Notes: generated by a model not told the origin, from the letters alone. Shown: positions 9,493-17,511, counted from the stretch's first letter. The stretch is DNA of 30,280 bases from an uncultured Iamiaceae bacterium (GCA_964416735.1 CAYQFM010000003.1:256-30535), one strand, 5' to 3'. Numbers and translations are program-made.

Positions 9493-9553
9493 CAAGTGCC
9501 CCTCTGTCCGCCTTGGAGTGCGATATCAACCAAGGCGGACAGAGGGGCGCTTG
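9493..9553. repeat. 24-bp inverted repeat with 13-nt loop (hairpin; terminator, stabiliser or REP-like element)
   Basis: Left arm CAAGTGCCCCTCTGTCCGCCTTGG (9493-9516), right arm CCAAGGCGGACAGAGGGGCGCTTG (9530-9553); the single mismatch is a G-U pair on the + strand. Confidence 0.9.
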
Positions 9554-9621
9554 TGTGATTACGCTCCGGTTGATGAACACGAGGTGAGTCTCGTGTAGAC
9601 GGCGTCTGAACGGGGGTTGGA

Positions 9622-10206
9622 ATGCCGAGTCTCTCCGATATGGCTTCATCGGGTCCGGTGGTGTTGGTCGATGCCGGGGTGTTGCATGACATCGCCGAAG
9701 CACTTGACGGCACATGGAAGCCCGATCAGATTTCCGATCTTGGGCGCAGAGAGGAACTCGTCGCTGCGGCCCGGCTCCGCCTTTATGCGGACCGGGACCG
9801 ATCAGGCTGGATGCTTCTGACCACTCACGCGCCTCGCGAAGAGGTACTCGCCAACGGTGAGCACACCTGGTCCGTCGGCTTCGTCGGCGCGATAGACGAC
9901 CTCGACGACGCACCTGCAGAGGCGGATCTGGTCGCACTCGAGACGATCCTCGTGTCCGAGGGGGTGGTTCGGGAGAACGCCCACCTTCTTGCCTGCGCCT
10001 ATCTGAGTGAGTTCGTGCGGATCGTGGTCACGAATGACGAACGGCCGTACCACCGCAGCCGGGCTGAGGATCTTCCAGAGCATCTGCAGTTCATGAGTGC
10101 CGGTGAGGCCGTCGAGAAACTGCAGATTGCACCCGGCGAGAAGCCGCCCATTTTGCCCCCGGGCTTGGAGGCCGTTGATTCCGCCAGCGCATGGTGGGTG
10201 CCTTGA
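9622..10206 (+). CDS. Hypothetical protein with PIN-domain-like motif pattern
   Basis: VVLVDAGVL / LLTTHAPREEVL / ENAHLLACA / IVVTND resemble the four PIN acidic-site segments, with Asn at the third. Start uncertain (9622 or 9640). Confidence 0.6.
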   Translation: MPSLSDMASSGPVVLVDAGVLHDIAEALDGTWKPDQISDLGRREELVAAARLRLYADRDRSGWMLLTTHAPREEVLANGEHTWSVGFVGAIDDLDDAPAEADLVALETILVSEGVVRENAHLLACAYLSEFVRIVVTNDERPYHRSRAEDLPEHLQFMSAGEAVEKLQIAPGEKPPILPPGLEAVDSASAWWVP

Positions 10207-10210
10207 CCCC

Positions 10211-10232
10211 TTGCCGGTGCCGTGACCGGCGA
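10211..10232 (+). terminator. Short hairpin after the PIN-like gene
   Basis: GCCGGT-gccgtg-ACCGGC immediately after the stop codon; no U-tract. Confidence 0.3.
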
Positions 10233-10306
10233 ACTTCATCCAGGTTGTGTGGGATCCATCAAGGGATCGATCTCGCGCGCACCCGCTCACTTTGATCAAC
10301 ATTTAT

Positions 10307-10345
10307 GTGACGAGGTTGTGTCAATCGGTAACACAACTGTAATGT
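10307..10345 (+). promoter_or_regulatory. Putative rpf promoter with phased GTNAC-like boxes and a palindrome
   Basis: GTGAC (10307), GTGTC (10318), GTAAC (10328), GTAAT (10339), spaced 11/10/11; GTTGTGT-N9-ACACAAC inverted repeat at 10315-10337; -10-like TAATGT at 10340-10345. Confidence 0.5.
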
Positions 10346-10419
10346 AAGCGTCGCAATCACGACCCAAAGGTCGTCAGGCGAAACCTTCGCCACATTGTCG
10401 AGCAGAGGACGGTCTACCG

Positions 10420-11151
10420 ATGACCTCTACGCAATACATCAATCAGCAACAAGACAAACCGCAGCGAGCACTGCCTGGCCATGTCGGGCATCTCCGCTCG
10501 GAGTTCGCACTACTGGTGGTTCTCGCAATTATCGCCGTGGCTGTTCTAGTGGCTGTGGGTGTCGGCGTGGCACTTGCCTCACCGACCGGAGTCTCAGACA
10601 GCAAGACTCCAGACGGTCGCGCCGAGTCATCCACGGGTGAGGCATCGTCGACCACCACGACCGACGGCACCTTCGACCCGGATGCAACGAGCATTTTCAA
10701 CCCGCTCGAATCCACACCCGGAATCGCTGATGGCCAATCTGCAATACCGACGAGTGTGCCACCGGCCCAGGTGTCGACTCCGACGGCACCTCCAACCACG
10801 ACACCTCCAACCACGACACCACCAACCACCGCCGCACCACCAACAACGCCGGCTCCCGTGGCAACACCCGGAGCGCCGGGTCTTCCGCCGGATTCTTACT
10901 GGGATGCCATGGCGAGGTGCGAAACCGGTGGGAATTGGCAGATGACGGGGCCTCGATTCAGTGGTGGCGTGGGCTTTGCCAACACCACGTGGAAGGCATA
11001 CGGCGGGCTCGAGTTCGCACCCAATGCCGGTGCCGCAACGCGCAATCAGCAGATTGTCGTCGCCAATCGTGTCGCCACTCAGGGATACGGTGCTGTCCGT
11101 GCGGTCGGCTATTCGGCATGGGGTTGCACATCTCACGTCGGGTACCCCTGA
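10420..11151 (+). CDS. Membrane-anchored resuscitation-promoting factor (Rpf)-like lytic transglycosylase
   Basis: N-terminal hydrophobic helix, Ser/Thr/Pro-rich linker, C-terminal WDAMARCETGGNW...GGVGFANTTWKAYGG...ATRNQQIVVA...SAWGC matching the Rpf domain with the catalytic Glu retained. Confidence 0.88.
   Translation: MTSTQYINQQQDKPQRALPGHVGHLRSEFALLVVLAIIAVAVLVAVGVGVALASPTGVSDSKTPDGRAESSTGEASSTTTTDGTFDPDATSIFNPLESTPGIADGQSAIPTSVPPAQVSTPTAPPTTTPPTTTPPTTAAPPTTPAPVATPGAPGLPPDSYWDAMARCETGGNWQMTGPRFSGGVGFANTTWKAYGGLEFAPNAGAATRNQQIVVANRVATQGYGAVRAVGYSAWGCTSHVGYP
10786..10848 (+). repeat. Coding 15-bp repeats (PPTT units) in the Rpf linker
   Basis: GCACCTCCAACCACG, ACACCTCCAACCACG, ACACCACCAACCACC, (GCC), GCACCACCAACAACG. 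Confidence 0.85.
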
Positions 11152-11223
11152 GCTCTCGTCGTAGGGCCTTGGTGTGTCGCAGACTTCGTGGGGTTCGGCG
11201 CTGCTCACTACAGTGAAACCGTT

Positions 11224-12783
11224 ATGTCGGATCATCCCATGAAGCAGCGTCTCGAAGAACTGGCGGAGCGTAAAGAACAGGCGTTGCATGCCGGTTCGGA
11301 GCGATCCGTCGAGCGGCAACACTCCAAGGGCAAGATGCTTGCCCGCGAGCGCATCGATGAACTGCTCGATCCGGGTTCGTTTCATGAACTCGACATGCTC
11401 ACCCGACAGCGTGCCCTTGATTCCAAACTGAAGGACGACCGGCCCTACACCGACGGTGTGGTCACCGGTTGGGGCACGGTCGACGGGCGCAAGGTCTTCG
11501 TGTTTGCACAGGACTTCACGGTCTTTGGCGGCGCCTTGGGAGAGGTCTTCGCCGAGAAGATCCACAAGGTGATGGACCTGGCGCTTTCCGTGGGCGCACC
11601 GATGATCGGCCTCAATGACGGCGCCGGGGCTCGCATTCAAGAGGGCGCGGTGTCTCTGGCTTCATACGGCGGAATATTCCACCGCAATGTGCTCGCATCC
11701 GGCGTTACTCCCCAGATCAGTGTGATCATGGGGCCGTGTGCTGGCGGTGCGGTCTACAGCCCGGCGATGACCGACTTCATATTCATGGTCGACCAGACGT
11801 CGCACATGTTCATCACCGGTCCCGATGTGGTCAAGACGGTCACAGGCGAAGAGGTCACACTCGAAGAACTCGGCGGCGCCAAGAGCCACGCGTCGAAGTC
11901 CGGAGTGGCCACGTTCGTCTCACCTGACGAGAAGTCCTGCCTGGAAGACGTCCGGTATCTGCTTTCGTTCCTGCCCTCGAACAACCTCGAGGCGCCACCG
12001 TGGTTTGCGCCCGGCGATGATCCGCAGCGGTTGTGTCCGGAGTTGTCCAACATCATGCCCGACAGCCCCAACCAGCCGTACGACATGGTCAAGGTCATCG
12101 AGGAGGTCGTCGACGACGGTGACTTCTTCGAGTATTTCCCACGTTGGGCGGGCAGCATCGTGTGCGGCTTCGCCCGTCTCGACGGACATCCCGTGGGCAT
12201 CGTCGGAAACCAGCCCATGCATCTCGCCGGCGTCCTCGACATCGAATCCGCCGAGAAGGCAGCGCGCTTCGTGCGTTTCTGCGACGCGTTCAACATTCCG
12301 CTTGTTACCTTCGTCGACGTTCCCGGATTCCTCCCGGGTGTCGATCAGGAGTACGGCGGCATCATCCGCCACGGTGCCAAACTCCTCTACGCATACTGCG
12401 AAGCGACCGTGCCACGAATCCAGATCATCACCCGTAAGGCCTACGGCGGCGCGTACGTGGTCATGAACTCCAAGTCGATTGGCGCGGACCTGGCCTTTGC
12501 GTGGCCGTCGGCAGAACTCGCTGTGATGGGTCCCCAGGGAGCCGTCGAGATTCTCTACCGGCGTGAACTCCAAGAGGCGGATGACCCGGCCGCCAAGCGC
12601 ACCGAACTGGTCGATGCCTACACCGAGAAGTTCGCCAATCCCTATGTGGCCGCCGAGCGGGGCTTTGTAGATGATGTGATCGATCCGGCTGAGACCCGAA
12701 TCAAGCTGATCGCCGGTCTCGAGGTGCTGCGGTCCAAGCGCGAGGAACTTCCCAAGCGCAAGCACGGAAACATGCCCCTCTAG
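11224..12783 (+). CDS. pccB: Acyl-CoA (propionyl-CoA) carboxylase carboxyltransferase beta subunit
   Basis: GKMLARERI..LLDPGSF, DGVVTGWG, QDFTVFGGALG, GARIQEG, GPCAGGAVYSPA, FVDVPGFLPG, GIIRHGAK, RKAYGGAY, PKRKHGNMPL. Start moved to ATG 11224. Confidence 0.93.
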   Translation: MSDHPMKQRLEELAERKEQALHAGSERSVERQHSKGKMLARERIDELLDPGSFHELDMLTRQRALDSKLKDDRPYTDGVVTGWGTVDGRKVFVFAQDFTVFGGALGEVFAEKIHKVMDLALSVGAPMIGLNDGAGARIQEGAVSLASYGGIFHRNVLASGVTPQISVIMGPCAGGAVYSPAMTDFIFMVDQTSHMFITGPDVVKTVTGEEVTLEELGGAKSHASKSGVATFVSPDEKSCLEDVRYLLSFLPSNNLEAPPWFAPGDDPQRLCPELSNIMPDSPNQPYDMVKVIEEVVDDGDFFEYFPRWAGSIVCGFARLDGHPVGIVGNQPMHLAGVLDIESAEKAARFVRFCDAFNIPLVTFVDVPGFLPGVDQEYGGIIRHGAKLLYAYCEATVPRIQIITRKAYGGAYVVMNSKSIGADLAFAWPSAELAVMGPQGAVEILYRRELQEADDPAAKRTELVDAYTEKFANPYVAAERGFVDDVIDPAETRIKLIAGLEVLRSKREELPKRKHGNMPL

Positions 12784-12834
12784 GTTGCGGACGGGACAGG
12801 AACGCAATGATCGTCGCAACCCAACGACCATCGG

Positions 12835-13068
12835 ATGACGATGACCTCTGAGGTGACAGGGTCAGTCGACAAGCCCGGGTCCACCCGGGTATCGGTCTCG
12901 CGGATTCAGCCCACCCCTGAACCCGAGGAACTAGCGGCGATCATCGCCGCGGTGGAGATGACCTGGCCAAGGCCGGTTGTTGCCAACCCACACCAGGAGA
13001 TTCCGCGCTGGCGATTCTCTGGAAGATGGTGGTCCAAGCCGCTCCCGGTGCGTCGCGACCGTCCTTGA
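12835..13068 (+). CDS. Acyl-CoA carboxylase epsilon subunit (AccE/PccE-like)
   Basis: Small ORF after pccB with PTPEPEELAAIIAAV and a C-terminal Trp/Arg-rich segment, typical of actinobacterial epsilon subunits. Confidence 0.75.
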   Translation: MTMTSEVTGSVDKPGSTRVSVSRIQPTPEPEELAAIIAAVEMTWPRPVVANPHQEIPRWRFSGRWWSKPLPVRRDRP

Positions 13069-13841
13069 ACACTGACGGCTCCGCCAAGTGGACCGCGTGG
13101 TCGGGAGCGCGTGGGTATCTCAGCGAAGCATGGGGGTACTACCGCAGCGAAATCCTCGTGGCGGTGTCGGCTACGGCTGCCGTGCGAATTTCCACAGCGC
13201 TGATTGCAGTCGTGCTGACCGAAGTGGTTCTCACGTCGACGAGCATCGCTTTGATGACTATCAAGAGTTTGGGATACGGAAAAAGCGGAATTTTTTCTCT
13301 GATGACATTGACCAGTTTGGTCGTGGCGTCCTTTGGTCATCACCTCCTTGTGGGAGTCCTCGAGCGCGTTGTTGCTGCCGATCGTTTCGGTCATGGTGGA
13401 CCTCGGATCCGGACCACCCTCGCGGAACTTCCCTGGGTGAGACTGCTTTGCGCCGATGTGATTTTGACCGTGGTCGGTGTTGCTCTGGTGCTGGTGTTTG
13501 TTGTTCCCTACGTCATCGTGGCGCCGTTTCTAGTCTGCGTGATGCCGCTCCTGTCGATGCGCCACGAGAATCTGAGGTCAGTTTGGCGGGCAAGCTTCCG
13601 ACTGGTTCGAGGTTCTTGGAAGCCGGTGGCGTTTGCCCTGCTCATAGGCAAGTTCGCCGAGTTCGTGCTCATGCAGAGTGGGACCCTGATCCTGGGGCTC
13701 CTCTTCGACCATCATGCTCTCGAGACAATTCTCCACGGCTTGGGTGCGATTGTCATTGTCCCATTTGGCGCTTTGATTCCCGTTGTCATCACCTTCGACC
13801 TGCTCAAAGCTCATAACGAGGTTCCCGCTACCCGCTACTGA
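13065..13841 (+). CDS. Hypothetical polytopic membrane protein
   Basis: About 5-6 hydrophobic segments; ...SVWRASFRLVRGSWKPV... is typical of uncharacterised multi-TM proteins. Start assumed at TTG 13065, overlapping the epsilon stop (TTGA). Confidence 0.65.
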   Translation: MNTDGSAKWTAWSGARGYLSEAWGYYRSEILVAVSATAAVRISTALIAVVLTEVVLTSTSIALMTIKSLGYGKSGIFSLMTLTSLVVASFGHHLLVGVLERVVAADRFGHGGPRIRTTLAELPWVRLLCADVILTVVGVALVLVFVVPYVIVAPFLVCVMPLLSMRHENLRSVWRASFRLVRGSWKPVAFALLIGKFAEFVLMQSGTLILGLLFDHHALETILHGLGAIVIVPFGALIPVVITFDLLKAHNEVPATRY

Positions 13842-13959
13842 ATTGGCGCGTGAGCACAATGACGATGTGACCAAGGGATGAGACCCTTCGTAGCGCGCAG
13901 GTCATCGTCCTGCTGGCGAGATACCCGTCGACGAGGCCCAGAAGTTCGCCTGGCGTTCG

Positions 13960-14742
13960 TCACATTTGAGTTGTGGCGATCTCGATCCTGTCCTGTCGCC
14001 ATTCTCGTGCCATGTCGAGGGCGTTATCGGCTTGGTCAAGAATTTCGTCGGTGGAGAGTCCGTGTGCGGGGTAGCACGCAATTCCTGCCCACATCGTGAG
14101 ACCAGGTGCGACCGCTGCCATCTTGCGACGAATGCGCTCGACGGTCCAGATTGCTCCGTTTTCCGTGGTGTCTTCCAGGACCAGTGCATAACCGCCGTCA
14201 AGTAGGCGACATGCCGTATCGGCTTGGCGGATCGTCGTCTTGATGCTCTCGGTGACGTATGTGGGATCTGCCGGGTGGGGTAGGCCGGCCTCGAGATCCT
14301 CAATCACCTCTATCAGAACGACCCCGACCGGTTTGAGGTTTCGACGAGCGGCCGAGATTCGCGCCTCGAGTGCAACCGTGAAATATCCCTCGCTGAACAA
14401 TCCGGTTGCATTGTCGGTAAGGGCGTCTATCTCGGTACCACGTCGTACAGCCGTCAGTTGGATGCGTGAGGCAAGCTTTTCCTCCGCGTCCGCGCGTGAA
14501 CGGGACTCGTGGTCGGCAATTCCCTCGAGCTCGGTGACCCGCCCTATCAACTCATCGATAGTTCCAGTGGCTCGACGTAAGCGCCGCACCATGAGAAAGG
14601 CGAGCATCCCGGCTACAAGCGCGAAGATGCCGGACGCCACCGCGAGGGCATGAGTGTGGAGCGCAACAGCGGCAATGCCGAAGCCGACGCCGAGAACTCC
14701 GACACCGAGTCCGACCACAGCTCGGACGTCCACCCGATCCAT
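13960..14742 (-). CDS. Membrane-anchored degenerate GGDEF-domain protein
   Basis: Two N-terminal TM helices, coiled coil, LTDNATGLF, IRQADTACRLLDGGYALVL (GGDEF replaced by LDGGY), WAGIACYP, ILDQADNAL; SD GGAGA. Confidence 0.85.
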   Translation of the reverse strand: MDRVDVRAVVGLGVGVLGVGFGIAAVALHTHALAVASGIFALVAGMLAFLMVRRLRRATGTIDELIGRVTELEGIADHESRSRADAEEKLASRIQLTAVRRGTEIDALTDNATGLFSEGYFTVALEARISAARRNLKPVGVVLIEVIEDLEAGLPHPADPTYVTESIKTTIRQADTACRLLDGGYALVLEDTTENGAIWTVERIRRKMAAVAPGLTMWAGIACYPAHGLSTDEILDQADNALDMAREWRQDRIEIATTQM

Positions 14743-14810
14743 GTTCTCCAGATCGGATAGAACCGGCCCGATTCAAGGATGCCGCTGGGAATTTGAGTCG
14801 CGACAGCAGG

Positions 14811-16781
14811 TTACGAGCGGCGGGCTTCTTCTACGATGTCGACAATCTCACCCATGATCCGCCCCAACTCGAAATCCTTTGGTGTGTAGACCGCTGCAAC
14901 GCCGGATCTGACGAGCTGATCGCGATCCTCCAACGGGATGATCCCACCGACGATCAATGGAGCCTCGACGCCGGCAGCCTCCAGTTGACGGAGAATCTCG
15001 GGCACCAGTTCGAGGTGGCTACCCGACAGAATCGATAGCCCGATCAGGTCGACATCTTCGTCGCGCGCGGTGGTGATGATCTGTTCCGGTGTGAGACGGA
15101 TTCCCTGGTAGATGACCTCCATGCCGGCGTCGCGGGCCGCAACCGCGATCTGCTCGGCACCGTTGGAGTGGCCATCGAGGCCTGGTTTGGCAACAAGTAT
15201 CCGTGGCGGTCCACCTTCGAGCGCCCTGACCCGTTCTGCAACATCGTGAAGAGAATTGAACATGGCTGTTGTCCCAAGGGCCGGCCCAACGCCGGTGGGT
15301 GCACGGTACTCGCCGAAAACCTCCCGTAGAACCCCGGCCCATTCACCGGTCGTTCCGCCCGCGTGCGCCAGTTCGATTGTGGCGCCCATGATGTTGTCGC
15401 TGCCGGTTGCGGCATGGTGGAGACCCTCCAGCGCGCGCTTGACCGCTGTATCGTCGCGCTTGGCCCGCCAAGCTCGGACATCGCTGATCATCTGGGTCTG
15501 GACCGACGGATCGACTTTCAGAATCTGCTCGCCATAACTCAGCGGTGACGGAGCCGTTTCGGTGTGGGTGTTCACTCCGACGACGATCTGATCACCGGAT
15601 TCGATGGCACGGGTTCGCTCGGTGTTCGACGCCACAAGGCGCGCCTTGAGGTCTTCGATGGCGGCAAACGCGCCGCCGAGTGTCAGAACCTCGTCCAACT
15701 CAGAACGTGCGGCCTCCACCAACTCGCCGGTCCGGGCTTCTACGACGCGAGAGCCGTCGAAGATGTCGTCGTAGCACAGCAGGTCGGTCTCGAAGGCAAG
15801 CACCTGTTGCATTCGCAGCGACCACTGCTGATCCCACGGCCGGGGCAGGCCGAGAGCCTCGTTCCACGCGGGCAGTTGTACCGAACGGGCGCGTGCGCTC
15901 TTGGAGAGGGTCACACCCATCATCTCAAGCACGATTCGCTGGATGTTGTTCTCTGGCTGTGCCTCCGTGAGCCCGAGCGAATTGACTTGAACTCCGTAGC
16001 GGAAGCGTCTGGCCTTGGGGTCGCTCACCCCGTAACGCTCTCGGGTGATCTCATCCCACAGATGAGTGAATGCCCGCATCTTGCAGATTTCTTCGATGAA
16101 ACGGATACCCGAGTTGACGAAGAACGAGATGGAAGCAACAACCGAGTCGAACCGGTCTTCGCGGACCTGACCCGATGCCTTCACGGCGTCGAGTACGTCG
16201 ATGGCCGTGGCGAGGCTGTAGGCGATCTCCTGCACCGGGGTGGCCCCGGCCTCTTGCAGGTGGTAGCTGCACACGTTCATGGGGTTCCAACGAGGAATGT
16301 GCTCGGAGCAGAAGGCGATCATGTCCACGATCAGTCGCAGCGACGGCCCCGGCGGGAAGATGTAGGTGCCTCGACTCAGGTATTCCTTGACGATGTCGTT
16401 CTGAGTCGTGCCTCGCAGCAGTGTGGTGTCGATGCCCTCACTCTGGGCATGGGCAACGTAGAGCCCGAGCATCCACGCTGCGGGCGCGTTGATGGTCATC
16501 GAGGTGTTCATCTCCGCGATGGGGATCCCCGCCAGGAGTTGCTCCATGTGGCCCAGGTGCACCACTGGAACGCCCACCTTGCCAACCTCACCCCGGGCGT
16601 TGGGGTCATCGGGGTCATAACCGGTCTGCGTGGGTAGGTCGAACGCTATGGACAGGCCGGTCTGGCCCTTGGCGATATTTGTCCGGTACAGCTCGTTCGA
16701 GGCGGCCGCGGTGGAATGACCCGAATAGGTGCGCATCAGCCAAGGCGTGTCGCGATCGTGTGTGACCGGCTCCATACCCAT
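14811..16781 (-). CDS. meaA: MeaA / ethylmalonyl-CoA mutase (B12-dependent acyl-CoA mutase)
   Basis: PWLMRTYSGHST, GQTGLSIAFDLPTQTGYDPD, QNDIVKEYLSRGTY, SYHLQEAGA, GVQVNSLGLT, B12 domain KPGLDGHSNGAEQIA. Start moved to 16781 (or 16775); the track start at 17138 overlaps aat. Confidence 0.9.
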   Translation of the reverse strand: MGMEPVTHDRDTPWLMRTYSGHSTAAASNELYRTNIAKGQTGLSIAFDLPTQTGYDPDDPNARGEVGKVGVPVVHLGHMEQLLAGIPIAEMNTSMTINAPAAWMLGLYVAHAQSEGIDTTLLRGTTQNDIVKEYLSRGTYIFPPGPSLRLIVDMIAFCSEHIPRWNPMNVCSYHLQEAGATPVQEIAYSLATAIDVLDAVKASGQVREDRFDSVVASISFFVNSGIRFIEEICKMRAFTHLWDEITRERYGVSDPKARRFRYGVQVNSLGLTEAQPENNIQRIVLEMMGVTLSKSARARSVQLPAWNEALGLPRPWDQQWSLRMQQVLAFETDLLCYDDIFDGSRVVEARTGELVEAARSELDEVLTLGGAFAAIEDLKARLVASNTERTRAIESGDQIVVGVNTHTETAPSPLSYGEQILKVDPSVQTQMISDVRAWRAKRDDTAVKRALEGLHHAATGSDNIMGATIELAHAGGTTGEWAGVLREVFGEYRAPTGVGPALGTTAMFNSLHDVAERVRALEGGPPRILVAKPGLDGHSNGAEQIAVAARDAGMEVIYQGIRLTPEQIITTARDEDVDLIGLSILSGSHLELVPEILRQLEAAGVEAPLIVGGIIPLEDRDQLVRSGVAAVYTPKDFELGRIMGEIVDIVEEARRS

Positions 16782-16840
16782 ATCGTCGCCCGATTTACCC
16801 GCTCGTGTCATGTTCGCGGCGCGAGTTTCACGAAGTTGTT

Positions 16841-17506
16841 TCAAGAGGCCCAGGGGTCGACATCTGTAGCCACCGCTTCGGCAAGTCGTTCGAGGTAGTC
16901 CTCGCGTGGGAGGTCTGTCGCTCCCAGCGAGATCAGGTGAGGTGTGGTCCATTGCACGTCGAGCAGCTTGGAGCCCGCGTCGCCAAGGAGTTTGACGAGT
17001 GCGACAAGAGCGACCTTTGATGCGTCGGTCTCGACGTGGAACATCGATTCGCCAGCGAAGAAGCCACCGATCGAGATGCCGTAGAGACCACCTGCAAGCT
17101 TCCCCTCGGGCGTGAACGCCTCCACGCTGTGCGCCCAACCGAGTTCATGGAGCCGTTGGTATGCATGTCGTATAGCGGGTGAAATCCAAGCACCGTGTCT
17201 TAGCGGGTTTGCACAAGCACCGATGACTTCATCGAACGCGGTGTCGAACCGAATCTCGAAACGCCTGAGCGATCGGCGTAGTGACCGGCTGACGCGGAAC
17301 CCTTCGAGCGGGAAGATCCCTCGGGGATCCGGAGACCACCACCCAACCGCGTCGTGACCGGGTCCGGGCATTGGGAATAGGCCTGCCAAGTACGCGCTGA
17401 TGATTGTCTCGGGTTCGAGGTCGGCTCCGACCCCGACGAGGCCCCCATCATCTTCGAGTGGTTCCGTGGCGTAAGGCCACGGCTCGATGTGGAGAGCGGT
17501 GGGCAC
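16841..17506 (-). CDS. aat: Leucyl/phenylalanyl-tRNA--protein transferase
   Basis: GADLEPETIISAY..GLFPM, WWSPDPRG, VSRSLRR, WISPAI..AY..LH..GWAHSVE, GGLYG..IGG.F.GESMFH...DASKVAL. Confidence 0.93.
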   Translation of the reverse strand: MPTALHIEPWPYATEPLEDDGGLVGVGADLEPETIISAYLAGLFPMPGPGHDAVGWWSPDPRGIFPLEGFRVSRSLRRSLRRFEIRFDTAFDEVIGACANPLRHGAWISPAIRHAYQRLHELGWAHSVEAFTPEGKLAGGLYGISIGGFFAGESMFHVETDASKVALVALVKLLGDAGSKLLDVQWTTPHLISLGATDLPREDYLERLAEAVATDVDPWAS

Positions 17507-17511
17507 CAGCC

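Noticed and set aside
9452-9621. Small antitoxin ORF upstream of the PIN-like gene
   Set aside because: No plausible plus-strand ORF with an SD and DNA-binding character; the space is filled by hairpins.
10206-10420. ydaO (c-di-AMP) or c-di-GMP-I riboswitch upstream of rpf
   Set aside because: I could not match the conserved sequence blocks by eye and the predicted leader is too short; a cmscan would be the definitive test.
13861-13910. Structured ncRNA between the membrane gene and the GGDEF gene
   Set aside because: Imperfect nested stems (GACGAT..GACC/GGTCATCGTC; AAGGG/CCCTT) are adequately explained as a terminator between convergent genes.
16782-17138. N-terminal extension or fusion of meaA (775-aa ORF)
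   Set aside because: The extension overlaps aat on the same strand in another frame and is Arg-rich junk; mutase homology starts near 16775.
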